Notes: a model not told the origin generated them from the letters alone. Numbered from the stretch's first letter, positions 36,941 through 46,995 are shown. The stretch: 64,000 nt of DNA from an uncultured bacterium (GCA_963711045.1 CAVQCM010000002.1:12218-76217); one strand, 5' to 3'. Numbers and translations: made by a program.

Positions 36941-37320
36941 GATAGTTACGGGTGTTTTTCTAAGTTGGGCATTATTTTTTCCTGAACTGAAAATGGTTGG
37001 ATTGAAAGGAGTAGATACAGCAAAGTATGTTGAATTCACGGTGACTATAATGTGTGCCCCCATTTGTAGCCGCTCCGCTGTCATATTTTTGGTTCTCTGA
37101 GGTTATGACCCTTAAAAAGTGGTTAGGGCTTCTCGTTGGCTTTTGGGGCCTGCTTTCCACAATTGCTTAGTGTTGGACCGCTCACCGTAGATGTATATGA
37201 CTCTATTATAAATAATTTTGCTTTCCCTCGTTGCCTGGATGGCGCGAAAGAACTCAGCGAACATTTCTTCTACACGACATATGGAAAATTAACGTTGAGT
37301 GCTGTCAATAAAGATGGGTT

Positions 37321-37850
37321 CTAGGCACCGTTAAGTTCTTGAACGCTGCAATCAAACTCGATTTGTTCATGACCTTGCTTGATCGCCAAACCAACCAAAG
37401 TGATTGTTCTTCCATCTAAGTGATATTTTTCAAAGTATTTCTTGTCTGTTATCTGATCTAGTGCCTGTGCTGCAGATTTGTTGTACTTTAATTCGATAAC
37501 ATAAATATGGCGTGCTGTTTTTGCAACAAGATCTATGCGACCCTTATCAGTCAGTATTTCAGACTCAATGTCGAGTGCAAGCAGCTTGCCTATAAGTTGA
37601 AACATTGAATGATAGTAGCGCTCTTTCTTAATATGAAGGGTGTAGGGAATGTGAGCAAACAAACTTTGTAGAATATCACAAAATTGAGAGATATTATTAG
37701 TCTCAAGGGCATTTTTTAGCTTTGAGAGGGAGCTCTTTCAACATGCTGTATATTTGTTCGGGAGAAAGCTGCTAACAAGTATTTGTTAAATGAGTACCCT
37801 AAAGGGCAACCTTTCATTGATTCCCGCACATAAAAAAGAAGTGTCATAAA
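37321..37850 (-). pseudogene. decayed AAA-ATPase-like / PD-(D/E)XK nuclease (PDDEXK_9, former DUF1703) gene
   Basis: The 113-aa ORF holds the C-terminal nuclease core (KGRIDLVAKTARHIYVIELKYNKSAAQALDQITDKKYFEKY). Upstream matching sequence (MTLLFYVRESMKG...FSRTNIQHVERAPSQS*) is in another frame. The whole N-terminal ATPase part is missing. Confidence 0.6.
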
Positions 37851-37867
37851 AAAGGCTAGACCTTATA

Positions 37868-37904
37868 CCCGAGGAGCCTTTCAAAGCTCCTCGGGTTTTC
37901 GTTT
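37868..37904 (+). terminator. orphan terminator-like hairpin
   Basis: CCCGAGGAGC-ctttcaaa-GCTCCTCGGG followed by TTTTCGTTT. No intact plus-strand gene lies upstream. Confidence 0.35.
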
Positions 37905-38013
37905 ACTTTATCTTGATATACATTGCTTCATGCTAGCAAGAATAATATATTCGTAACGATAAAATAGAGCGATACAAGAGAAGTGCACAAGGAGAGGCAG
38001 CTTGCCAGTGTAA

Positions 38014-38042
38014 GAAAAAGAGCCGGGATTATATCCCGGCTC
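38014..38042 (-). terminator. intrinsic terminator of the 38048-38746 gene
   Basis: On the minus strand, GAGCCGGGAT-ataa-TCCCGGCTC followed by TTTTT, 5 nt after the stop. Confidence 0.65.
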
Positions 38043-38047
38043 ATAGA

Positions 38048-38746
38048 TTATTCGTTAGTTGAAGTCAAACTATTAAATGAGGATAGCAGGCTTTTAGCAA
38101 ATCCTACCATCATTTCGCTAAATGTTGCTTCGTGATATAACTCCTCAGTGAGCGTATTAATGGCATCGGCAATAGCAGCAGTAATGTCCACAAGGGCGTT
38201 AAGTTGTTCTTCGACCTGTGCAGCATCTTCTTTAGCTATTATAGTTGTTAGCTTGTTATTAAATGTCTCAACGGCTGTGAGAGCCATAACAAGGCGAGAA
38301 GTACTTGCCAAAATAATGTCATCTTCCTGAGGCGCATCAGCTTTTTGAGTTGATGACCAGGTGAATAAACCACCTACTTTTTTAAAGAACCCATCAGGTT
38401 TGAGCGTTTTTACTGCCTTGGTGCAAAGTGCTGGAGCTTTCTCTAGCTGTGCAATAACTGTTTCGATTGTTTGCTCAATTTTTATGATGTTATTTTGATT
38501 TTCTTGCTCTCCTGGCAAGAGTTCTTCGCCTTCTTTCTTATGCTGCGCAAGCTCACTATTTGTTTGGGCAAGCATTTCTTTGAGAGCAGATGCATCCTTA
38601 CCGAATGCTTTGATATCACCAATATCCTCTGTAGTAATGGTGATAATCTTTGTAGTCTCTTCTTCCTTAGTTGCTACGTCATCCATAGCGAATAATGAAG
38701 GAGAGAAGGCGAGTAATGCTGCAAGACTCATGAAATGTTTTTTCAT
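38048..38746 (-). CDS. hypothetical secreted alpha-helical/coiled-coil protein
   Basis: 232 aa. AAGGAG Shine-Dalgarno sequence, signal peptide MKKHFMSLAALLAFSPSLFA, heptad-like Glu/Lys/Ala-rich sequence. Confidence 0.65.
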   Translation of the reverse strand: MKKHFMSLAALLAFSPSLFAMDDVATKEEETTKIITITTEDIGDIKAFGKDASALKEMLAQTNSELAQHKKEGEELLPGEQENQNNIIKIEQTIETVIAQLEKAPALCTKAVKTLKPDGFFKKVGGLFTWSSTQKADAPQEDDIILASTSRLVMALTAVETFNNKLTTIIAKEDAAQVEEQLNALVDITAAIADAINTLTEELYHEATFSEMMVGFAKSLLSSFNSLTSTNE

Positions 38747-39327
38747 GACGACTCCTTTTTGTAGGGGGATGAATAAAATATCAGCCTAAGCCTAAGGCGA
38801 ACAAGAGTGGTTGTCAATATATAAGTAGGGTCTAGTGAGATTGAGCGTAATGAAGGCAAAGTAATTAAACAGATACTCTATATTAAGAGTATATATACTA
38901 GTATGAGACGATTGATTATTTGGCAGGGAATCTTATTATACATAAATAATATAAGCCGAGAGGTGAAAGGTAAAGAAGAATGAGACAATATTGGTTCAAT
39001 CCGCTGTAATTGAGGCAAAAGGCTTGAGCTACAATAGAATCTTACGATATAATATAGTGTAATATATTCATAATATCATTGATTGTATACTGCTTGTATA
39101 ATTACAGCCTTTTTGCCCGGAAGTAATAGGAATTGTTTCTTGGAATTACTATATGGCTTTTCCCATTCATATAAAACATGCTATAAGTTTTATAGAGCAT
39201 TGAAATGAGAACTTGCTATGCATTGACGGCAAATTACATTTGATTGCTCATAATTATACTATGGTATTGCCTCCTCTTGCCTGGAGAAGTTAAAAAAATC
39301 TGAATAGAAGTAGTAGTCTATAACTTA

Positions 39328-39621
39328 TTACTGGACCTTTTCAGGGTTGTCTGTACGTGATAGAGATTGAATAGTGGCTACGGCAACACATTCCTCTTCT
39401 TCTTCCTCTTCTTCATCAATGTCATCCTCGAAGACCCATTCTACTGCTTGAAAAGCTATCTGAGGGGTATTGTGGCTATATACAACTTCTTTTTTAAGGA
39501 CAATCGTGCCATCTTCTTGGACAAAGAACTCAAGGGCATCGCCAGGTTGAAGATTTAAAGCAAGACGTATTACTTTTGGGATGGAGAGGTTGAATGAAGG
39601 TGATAGGGTAGATATAACCAT
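39328..39621 (-). CDS. SpoVT/AbrB-type (MazE-like) DNA-binding protein with poly-Glu tail
   Basis: 97 aa. The N-terminal looped-hinge-helix pattern (IPKVIRLALNLQPGDALEFFVQEDGTIVLKK) is followed by DDIDEEEEEEEE. Confidence 0.6.
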   Translation of the reverse strand: MVISTLSPSFNLSIPKVIRLALNLQPGDALEFFVQEDGTIVLKKEVVYSHNTPQIAFQAVEWVFEDDIDEEEEEEEECVAVATIQSLSRTDNPEKVQ

Positions 39622-39775
39622 TTTGTGGCTCCGATATATTTTATTTACTTTATTCTAGTATACTACAATCTAGTAGGCCCGTTAAGCTTTACTTTAAAGG
39701 AATGGAATTGTACCTACTTATAAGGTTTTTAGGAGATTTAGGCTCCGAATGGCTTTTTTTTGGCTATTTTAGTTA

Positions 39776-39822
39776 TTTTGGTCGTACAACCCATTTTTCA
39801 TAAATGGGTTGTACGACCAAAA
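39776..39822. repeat. perfect 21-bp inverted repeat (5-nt spacer)
   Basis: TTTTGGTCGTACAACCCATTT-ttcat-AAATGGGTTGTACGACCAAAA. Lies between the divergent AbrB-like gene and tolQ. Confidence 0.9.
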
Positions 39823-39903
39823 ATGAGTTGGTTTTGCAATTATCTTTAGTACAAAGTACACTAGAAAACAGTTAGCACACATTGAAAATGCAAAGGTTAT
39901 ATT

Positions 39904-40638
39904 ATGGCAATGGGTCTTTGGTCTCTCGTTTTATCAACTGATGTCACTAGTAAAATAGTTCTGCTTGTGTTGCTTGGCATGTCTATTACGTGTTGGGCTC
40001 TTGCAATCTATAAGCGAATGCTTACTAAGATTAAGCGTGAATCATTAGCGCATGCTAAGAACCTGCTACAAACAACTAAAAGTATGGAAGATCTTCTCAA
40101 TCGAGTTGCGGTAATACAGACAACCTATGCAGGAGAGCTCATAACTAATTTTTTAATTGATTTGAAAAAGATTATCCGCTTGCGTGATGCCGGCAATGAG
40201 ATTAAAGATGCAGACTGGCATATGTTACAGACATCATTACAACAAAGAATTGATGATGCGGTTACCGAGGAAGAATCACTTATACCGATATTAACCACCT
40301 CAGCTCAAGCGGCACCGTTAATAGGATTGTTTGGTACGGTTTGGGGATTGATTCATGCTTTCATGGAAATTGCTCAACAACGTACAGCTGATATAGCAGC
40401 GGTTGCTCCAGGTATAGCTGAAGCTTTATTAACAACGCTTGGCGGTTTGCTTGTTGCTATTCCAACACTTGGCTTAATAAGTTACCTATATTCTAATGCA
40501 CGTCTGTTAGAACAAGATATTGTAGAGTTAACAGATACCTGTACCTGGGTTTTTAGGGGGATTATTATATCTTCTTCAACACGAGTAAGCAAACCTACCG
40601 CCCAGAAGACTGTATCTGCTGAAAGGGAAATGGCATGA
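39904..40638 (+). CDS. tolQ: TolQ/ExbB-family proton channel
   Basis: 244 aa with 3 TM. MotA/TolQ/ExbB signature region (APLIGLFGTVWGLIHAF...AEALLTTLGGLLVAIP). Confidence 0.85.
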   Translation: MAMGLWSLVLSTDVTSKIVLLVLLGMSITCWALAIYKRMLTKIKRESLAHAKNLLQTTKSMEDLLNRVAVIQTTYAGELITNFLIDLKKIIRLRDAGNEIKDADWHMLQTSLQQRIDDAVTEEESLIPILTTSAQAAPLIGLFGTVWGLIHAFMEIAQQRTADIAAVAPGIAEALLTTLGGLLVAIPTLGLISYLYSNARLLEQDIVELTDTCTWVFRGIIISSSTRVSKPTAQKTVSAEREMA

Positions 40639-41051
40639 TTTCTCGGCGGATACGAAGAAAACAGCACCAGTTGCCAGAAGTGTCACTTACACCCCTGATT
40701 GATACCGCTTTAGTGTTATTAGTGATATTTATGGTGGCGACGCCGATTATGCATAACTCACTGAAGATAGATCTTCCCGAAGGAAACATGAAGGAAGAGG
40801 TTGATCCTTCACTTTCTTCACTAGTTGTATCTGTTATCCAGGGAGACAAGGTCTTGCTTAATGGGAGTGCATATTCTTTTGAAAGTCTTCTTAATGAGTT
40901 AGCAAAAAAAGTAAAAACAGCTAAAGATAAACGAGTATATGTTGATTGTGATAAAAAAGTATCCTCCGGAATGCTCGTGAAGGTTATTGACTCAATTAAA
41001 TATATAGCCGGGGTCGAACATGTTATTCTCTCTACCGAACGAGTACGATAA
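40635..41051 (+). CDS. tolR: TolR/ExbD-family protein
   Basis: 138 aa. LTPLIDTALVLLVIFMV with the conserved Asp in the single TM. ATGA overlap with tolQ. Confidence 0.85.
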   Translation: MISRRIRRKQHQLPEVSLTPLIDTALVLLVIFMVATPIMHNSLKIDLPEGNMKEEVDPSLSSLVVSVIQGDKVLLNGSAYSFESLLNELAKKVKTAKDKRVYVDCDKKVSSGMLVKVIDSIKYIAGVEHVILSTERVR

Positions 41052-41748
41052 ACAGATAGGTTACCTGATTATTGGGCTTACGTGTGGTGCCCATCTAGCA
41101 CTGCTTGCGCTCTTTTTTTGGGTTGAAGGCTATTTCTTTCAGGAAAAACCTCTTATTTTTGATCTTTCTCATATGGGCAGTAGAGTAAGTATGCTCTCAA
41201 TGCCAAGGCCGCAATCAACTACCGGGGTAAAAAATCCAGCTAAGAAGCAGCCGGTACAGAAGACACCCCAGAGAAAAAAAGAGCCAGTAAAAAAGGCAGT
41301 GCCCAAAAAACAAGTGCAAAAAAAACCGGTAGTTAAAAAGCAACCGGTTAAAAAGGTCGCACCTAAAAAAGTGCCTGCAAAAACGATACCGATCAAAAAA
41401 ATACCTGTTACAAAAACCCCTCCAAAAAAGGCAGAAACTAAAAAAGCAGGGAGCGCGGCGCCAGTTACACCTGTAGTGCCTGTGCCAAAAGAGTTTAATG
41501 TGGCTGATGCCGCAGTGTCATCAGATAAGGTTATACGGGAAATCTATCGACACTTAACTATACCACCTGGCATTGAAGAGGTAGCTGCATTTACGATAAC
41601 ATTTGATATAGATGATAAGGGAAAAGTGATAAACTTACAACCCAAGGGCTCGGAGCCATTAGTAATGTATACGGCCTTTAAAGATGCATTATTACGATGT
41701 ACCATGCCCATTAAGAATCGCAAAAACATTCCTCTCGTGATTAAATAG
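41020..41748 (+). CDS. tolA: TolA/TonB-like protein
   Basis: N-terminal TM, a long Lys/Pro-rich spacer of KK.PV.KK repeats, and a small C-terminal globular domain. Position between tolR and tolB. Confidence 0.6.
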   Translation: MLFSLPNEYDKQIGYLIIGLTCGAHLALLALFFWVEGYFFQEKPLIFDLSHMGSRVSMLSMPRPQSTTGVKNPAKKQPVQKTPQRKKEPVKKAVPKKQVQKKPVVKKQPVKKVAPKKVPAKTIPIKKIPVTKTPPKKAETKKAGSAAPVTPVVPVPKEFNVADAAVSSDKVIREIYRHLTIPPGIEEVAAFTITFDIDDKGKVINLQPKGSEPLVMYTAFKDALLRCTMPIKNRKNIPLVIK

Positions 41749-41754
41749 GATTAT

Positions 41755-43065
41755 ATGATTAGTATTGGTCTGTTATTACTCTGTACAAGCATATATGCGC
41801 AACAACCGCAGGTTGCGATTGAGTCTTCAGTCTATGAAGATGCAAATAGGCAAGCTATGCCCTTATTACTTGGCGTGATGCCCGGGGATGATAGCCAGCT
41901 TATGTTTATAGGTAAGCTGCTAGCACAAAATCTAGAGCGATCAGGACAGTTTAAGGTTGACGTCAAAGGTTTCAAGGTTCCTTCAAAACAATCTGAGCTT
42001 GATCAGCTCTTTGATACAAAGTACCCACTTGAACTTTTTATTGAGCATGATGATAAAGGGAATAGTATAAAATGGCGCTTATATGATGTGCCAGATAAAA
42101 AACTTATCCAAGGTAAAAAATATCGAAAACGAGGTGCCTTTGCGCATGGGTATGCTGATAATATTGCCGATGAGCTGTGGCCATTGTTAACCAGCGAACC
42201 GAGTTCATTTTCAACAAAGCTTGCTTATGTAAAACGAAGAGCTCCCAAGGGTAAACGTCAGCAATCTATTGTATGTGTTTCAAATAGTGATGGATCTCAT
42301 GAGCAGGTAATTATTCCAAAGCTTGGTACCTATGTTAGCTTGTATTGGCATAATGATATACAAAATCCCTGTCTCTTTTGCTCAGAATTTACGAAATATA
42401 ATGTGCGCTTTGCTGCAGCAAATCTCCGAGGTAGTAAGTCTACCGTGCTTAATTTACGGGGTACCTGTGTGGGGATTTCTGTAGCGCATGATACAAATAA
42501 GGTAGTGTATTGTAGGTCAGGCACCATTTGGTTGTATACTTATGAACCAACATCGCGTAAAGGCATACATAAAGTAATAATCTCAAATGAAGGTAAAAAT
42601 ATGTCGCCAACGCTCCTTGATACGGGTGATATTATATTTTGTTCTGATGCGCCCTCATTACGAAAAGGTATCTCATCTCGTGGACCTAAAGTTTATAGAT
42701 ATAATGCCAAGGATAGAAGTATCACCTTACTTACCAAAGAGGGCTATTGCGTTGGACCAAGTTACTGTGCAACCAATGGTAAAATTGCTTACTCAAAACG
42801 TATCAATGGTGTTATGCAATTGTTTGTGTATGATACTAAGCGGGATAAAGATATTCAGCTGACATTTGATCAAGGCAACAAAATTGACTGCTCTTGGTCT
42901 CCCTGCGGGAGGTATATCGTATTTTGTTGTCAACAAAATAGAACAAGTCGTATAGTGGTGATTCATGTTGCCATGAAACATAGAACCTATATAACACCAG
43001 CTCGGGAGTACTGCACCTGTCCTGCCTGGTCACCAGTATATGGGGAAGTGCCGGTTGTCACGTAG
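41755..43065 (+). CDS. tolB: TolB beta-propeller protein
   Basis: 436 aa. Signal peptide, TolB-like N-domain, then repeated propeller blades (SP.G..IAY/ ...W.P.G..I.F). Confidence 0.8.
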   Translation: MISIGLLLLCTSIYAQQPQVAIESSVYEDANRQAMPLLLGVMPGDDSQLMFIGKLLAQNLERSGQFKVDVKGFKVPSKQSELDQLFDTKYPLELFIEHDDKGNSIKWRLYDVPDKKLIQGKKYRKRGAFAHGYADNIADELWPLLTSEPSSFSTKLAYVKRRAPKGKRQQSIVCVSNSDGSHEQVIIPKLGTYVSLYWHNDIQNPCLFCSEFTKYNVRFAAANLRGSKSTVLNLRGTCVGISVAHDTNKVVYCRSGTIWLYTYEPTSRKGIHKVIISNEGKNMSPTLLDTGDIIFCSDAPSLRKGISSRGPKVYRYNAKDRSITLLTKEGYCVGPSYCATNGKIAYSKRINGVMQLFVYDTKRDKDIQLTFDQGNKIDCSWSPCGRYIVFCCQQNRTSRIVVIHVAMKHRTYITPAREYCTCPAWSPVYGEVPVVT

Positions 43066-43461
43066 TATATAGACTATGATTACTGAAAAAAGAGACAGAT
43101 CCTCTTGAAACATCTATAAGGAGAGATAGAATGTCTCAATGATATAACTGTTAGATAGAATAATTCATCATGCAAGAATTATTAGGCGAACAAAACTATC
43201 AAAAGGACTCTTAATCAATAAAATCAAAGAATGAAGCGTAAGAATATATGAAAAGAAGAACATTATCTATCAAACTCATAAAAAAGAGCCAAAAATAGTT
43301 GACCTTCTACAGCGAAAACCCTTTTTCTGACTATGAGAACTAATTTTTTGTGCCAAACCATTGGCATAATGGTGTAAAGTGTGCTAGATTCTAACTGACT
43401 TTCAGAGGATCAAATAATCAAGGAAGGAGTAAGATTGTGCGAAATAACCCTCTGGTAGGGG

Positions 43462-43491
43462 TTGGACAATTAGTTTCGACCGTGATATACT
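43462..43491 (+). promoter_or_regulatory. candidate promoter of ftsH (extended -10)
   Basis: TTGGAC, 18 nt spacer, TATACT, with TGa directly upstream of the -10. 37 nt upstream of the ATG. Confidence 0.4.
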
Positions 43492-43527
43492 ATGATTAAA
43501 ACGTAACATTCTTAGTTAGGATTTCGC

Positions 43528-45354
43528 ATGAAAAAAATTAATATGAAGCAGTTTAAAGGACCGGGCAATATACTATTAGTCGCCGCATTTTTGAGTTTAG
43601 CTTTTCTGGCGGTGCACAAGCTGGCTGATTTTAGTCAACGGACGGAAAATATCAGTTACTCTACCTTTGTGAAAAAACTTGAAAACAACCAAATCCAATC
43701 AGTTGAGGTGGCGGGCAATGAGGTTCGTGGTACCTACCGAGGTGGTGGCCACTCGTTTGAAACAAAGGTTCCTAATACCCCTCAAGTATGGGATAATCTT
43801 GCAAAACATAATGTTGAAACAACTATTGGCAGTACTGGCGGGGGAACTAGCTTTTGGTCACTTCTCTTTTTACTTTTAGTTACGTTTGGTCTTGTAGGCC
43901 TGGTAATGTGGTATTTTAGGCAAAGTAGAGGCGGCAGTGGCGGCGCGGGAAGTAACATCTTTAGTATGAGTAAGAGTAAAGCCCGTATGTTTATGCCATC
44001 TCAAATTAAAGCTAATTTTGATTCAGTTGCTGGAGCCGTTGAGGCAAAAGAAGAGCTCACTGATGTCATTGAGTTTCTTAAGCATCCAGATCGTTTTAAG
44101 CGAATGGGAGCAAAATTAACGAAGGGCATTCTGTTAGTAGGGGAACCGGGTAATGGGAAAACATTACTTGCAAAAGCTGTTGCAGGTGAAGCAAATTGTC
44201 CCTTCTTTAGTGTGAGTGGCTCTGAGTTTCTCGAAGTATTTGTAGGTGTTGGAGCGGCACGTGTTCGTGATTTATTTGCCCAAGCTCGCCGTCATGCACC
44301 AAGTATTATATTTATTGACGAAATCGATGCTGTTGGCCGTCAGCGTGGCAGTGGCGTAGGCGGTGGAAATGATGAGCGTGAACAGACGCTTAATCAGCTC
44401 CTTATAGAAATGGATGGCTTTGAATCGTATCAATCTTCTGTAGTAGTTATGGCTGCCACAAATAGGCCGGATGTACTTGATAAAGCGTTATTACGCCCGG
44501 GACGTATCGACAGACGCGTAAGTGTACCATACCCAGATATTACGAGCCGCGAAGCGATTCTTCGTGTGCATGCGCAGAAAGTGCCACTTTCTGATCAGGT
44601 AGATCTTGCACGTATAGCTCGTGGAACACCTGGGTTTACCGGTGCAGAGCTTGCAAATCTCATCAATGAAGCTGCGATTAACGCTTCTAAGAATGATATG
44701 GCTCATGTATCGGTAGAAGATTTTGAGGATGCGCGAGATAAGATAATTCTTGGAAAAGAAATGAAATCAATGGTCCTTACTGAAGAAGATAGGAAAGTAA
44801 CGGCTTATCATGAGGCTGGTCATGCGCTAGTCACCTTACTTACTCCAGAAGAAACAGATCCGCTTCATAAAGTGACTATAATACCCCGCGCTAAGGCTCT
44901 AGGGGTAACCTGGTCATTGCCTGAGCGTGAAAAACATACGGTAAGTAAAGATGAAATGACTGCCCGCATAATGGTGGCCTTAGGTGGACGAGCAGCTGAA
45001 GAATTGATATTTAATCGATTAGAATCTGGCGCGCACAGTGACTTTGCTACCGCAACGAAGGTTGCACGTGCGATGGTCTGTTCTTACGGTATGTCTGAGA
45101 AGCTTGGTCCTCTAGTATATGAACAAAATAGAATGGGTGAGAAGAGCTATTCAGAAGAAACAGCGCGTACTATTGATGATGAAATGCGCTCTATACTTGA
45201 TGGGTGCTACAAGCATGTGCTGAAGCTCTTAACAGAAAATCGGGATAAGCTTGAAGTCCTTGCAAATGAGCTTCTTGAAAAAGAAACACTCTATGCTGGT
45301 GAAATTTATCAGCTCCTCGGGATTGAGCCCCGTGCCGAGCATCTGTTTCATTAA
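43528..45354 (+). CDS. ftsH: ATP-dependent zinc metalloprotease FtsH
   Basis: 608 aa with two TMs. Walker A GEPGNGKT, Walker [13 protein letters not shown], zinc site HEAGHA. Confidence 0.95.
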   Translation: MKKINMKQFKGPGNILLVAAFLSLAFLAVHKLADFSQRTENISYSTFVKKLENNQIQSVEVAGNEVRGTYRGGGHSFETKVPNTPQVWDNLAKHNVETTIGSTGGGTSFWSLLFLLLVTFGLVGLVMWYFRQSRGGSGGAGSNIFSMSKSKARMFMPSQIKANFDSVAGAVEAKEELTDVIEFLKHPDRFKRMGAKLTKGILLVGEPGNGKTLLAKAVAGEANCPFFSVSGSEFLEVFVGVGAARVRDLFAQARRHAPSIIFIDEIDAVGRQRGSGVGGGNDEREQTLNQLLIEMDGFESYQSSVVVMAATNRPDVLDKALLRPGRIDRRVSVPYPDITSREAILRVHAQKVPLSDQVDLARIARGTPGFTGAELANLINEAAINASKNDMAHVSVEDFEDARDKIILGKEMKSMVLTEEDRKVTAYHEAGHALVTLLTPEETDPLHKVTIIPRAKALGVTWSLPEREKHTVSKDEMTARIMVALGGRAAEELIFNRLESGAHSDFATATKVARAMVCSYGMSEKLGPLVYEQNRMGEKSYSEETARTIDDEMRSILDGCYKHVLKLLTENRDKLEVLANELLEKETLYAGEIYQLLGIEPRAEHLFH

Positions 45355-45417
45355 GCATTGCAAATAGTTCAGTATTTAGTAGACTAAGAAAAGGTAGTTG
45401 AAAAGAAAGGTATTACA

Positions 45418-45621
45418 ATGGCACGTATATGCGGGGTTTGTGGTAAGAAACCTCAAGTGGCGAACTTAGTAAGTCACGCAAAAAACAGAACAAAACGTTG
45501 GGTCTACCCAAATGTGCATAAGATGCGCTATACATTAACATCATGTCCTTCTAATAAAGTACATGCTGGAAAAGTATGCACAAAATGTGTCAAAGCACAG
45601 AAGGTACAAAAGGTAATTTAA
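45418..45621 (+). CDS. rpmB: 50S ribosomal protein L28
   Basis: 67 aa. MARICGVCGKKPQVANLVSHAKNRTKR is typical of L28. Confidence 0.9.
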   Translation: MARICGVCGKKPQVANLVSHAKNRTKRWVYPNVHKMRYTLTSCPSNKVHAGKVCTKCVKAQKVQKVI

Positions 45622-45622
45622 T

Positions 45623-45904
45623 ATGGCTAATACTTCATCTGCAAAAAAGGCGTCACGTCAAAACCAGAAACGTCGCTTGAAAAATATCTCTAGAAAAACG
45701 TCAATTAAATCAGCTATTCGTAGAGTGCATGATGCGCTCGTTGCCGAATCATTTGATGCTGATGCAACTAAGAAGCTTTTAGGTGATGTTGCTGCTAAAT
45801 TAGCTCGCGCTAAATCAAAAAAAGTAATCCATGCAAATACAGCTTCTCGTAAATTGAGTCGCCTTGCAAAGAAAGTCGATAAGCGTATAGAAGCTGCAGC
45901 GTAA
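45623..45904 (+). CDS. rpsT: 30S ribosomal protein S20
   Basis: 93 aa. MANTSSAKKASRQNQKRRLKN is typical of S20. 1-nt gap after rpmB. Confidence 0.9.
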   Translation: MANTSSAKKASRQNQKRRLKNISRKTSIKSAIRRVHDALVAESFDADATKKLLGDVAAKLARAKSKKVIHANTASRKLSRLAKKVDKRIEAAA

Positions 45905-45926
45905 ATTGCCTGATATAAACGTCGTT

Positions 45927-45962
45927 ATAGTCTCTCCTTCTTATAGGTGAGACTATTTTTTT
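45927..45962 (+). terminator. intrinsic terminator after rpsT
   Basis: ATAGTCTC...GAGACTAT stem followed by TTTTTTT. Confidence 0.6.
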
Positions 45963-46449
45963 GTTTCCCTATGTTTTTTTACCCTGCAGTTCTGATGTTA
46001 GATCTTGTGCATTGAAAACGATGCATTGTTACTTGAACTTGTTTTCATAGTTCTAGATACGCTTTGTTGTACCGTTTTTAGAGTAGCAAAAGCTACAGTC
46101 CCAGCCCCGTGCCCTCTTAGCGCGCATACTATGGGCAATACACCTTTGAAGATGTGTGGCCACAATAATAGTCCATGGTATGTTAATAGTAATAGAGGCC
46201 AGAATACGACCAAGCTATAGCGAACGCCAACTCCTGTAAGAATGTCTGAGTGCTTGTGTTCGCTTTTGCAAACCGTGTAGGCTATTAATGAATAGTTTAT
46301 GTATATCAGATCTTCCATGTGTTCCATTTTAGAGAAGTGTTGAGAGCGTTGAAAGAACAAAACGATTTACTACACCACGTTCAAACAGCTTAAAGAGGCC
46401 CCTTTCTAGACAAGAAGTAAATGCGTTGCGCGTTGAATGGGCTCCAGTG

Positions 46450-46478
46450 TTGCAATTTGAAAACATTTTTGGTATACT
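46450..46478 (+). promoter_or_regulatory. candidate promoter (extended -10)
   Basis: TTGCAA, 17 nt spacer, TATACT, preceded by TGg. About 60 nt upstream of the ATG at 46540. Confidence 0.4.
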
Positions 46479-46539
46479 CAATAATAGATAAAGTGATAGT
46501 ATAGTTATGCAATCTACATTACAAGAATTGGAGAAATCT

Positions 46540-46995
46540 ATGAAAGGTACACTTACCCTTTTACTACTAGCTTCACCAGTAGCTATGGTAGCATCTGAAT
46601 TACCCAGAGCTTCATACCAAGAGGTTCTTGAACAAGTTCAAAGAGAATTTGAGAATGGAACACTTGATCCACGTATCGTAGCTGATAGAATCAAACCGCT
46701 TGGTGAAAGAGGAACCAACATTGACCGGGACAAACAAGCGGCATTACGTCGTTTTGTTAACCAAGGGTTTGCACGAGCAGCTATTAAGGTAGCTCGAACT
46801 GTTGCTGATAGAATGCCAGATGTGCCAGAGGAAGAACTTAATAATGCCCGTGCTGGTTTACAGGTAGTTGCTTCAGCTTTAGAGACACAAGGAGTGTCTA
46901 CTGAAACAGGAAGAGATATTATCAGGGATTGGAGTATAAAGAACGCTGAGGTAGAACGTCTTGAAGGACTTCTTGGCATGCGCCAAGCTCAATAA
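46540..46995 (+). CDS. hypothetical secreted helical protein
   Basis: Start chosen at ATG 46540, which has a GGAG Shine-Dalgarno sequence 6 nt upstream. Signal peptide MKGTLTLLLLASPVAMVAS. No family recognised. Confidence 0.55.
   Translation: MKGTLTLLLLASPVAMVASELPRASYQEVLEQVQREFENGTLDPRIVADRIKPLGERGTNIDRDKQAALRRFVNQGFARAAIKVARTVADRMPDVPEEELNNARAGLQVVASALETQGVSTETGRDIIRDWSIKNAEVERLEGLLGMRQAQ

Noticed and set aside
45998-46360. A 120-aa minus-strand ORF between rpsT and the 46540 gene.
   Set aside because: It needs a TTG start or an ATG without a Shine-Dalgarno sequence. Its composition is rich in Cys/His/Trp, and no homology is apparent. It might be a small membrane protein, but I cannot support that. 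The 600-bp gap stays unassigned.
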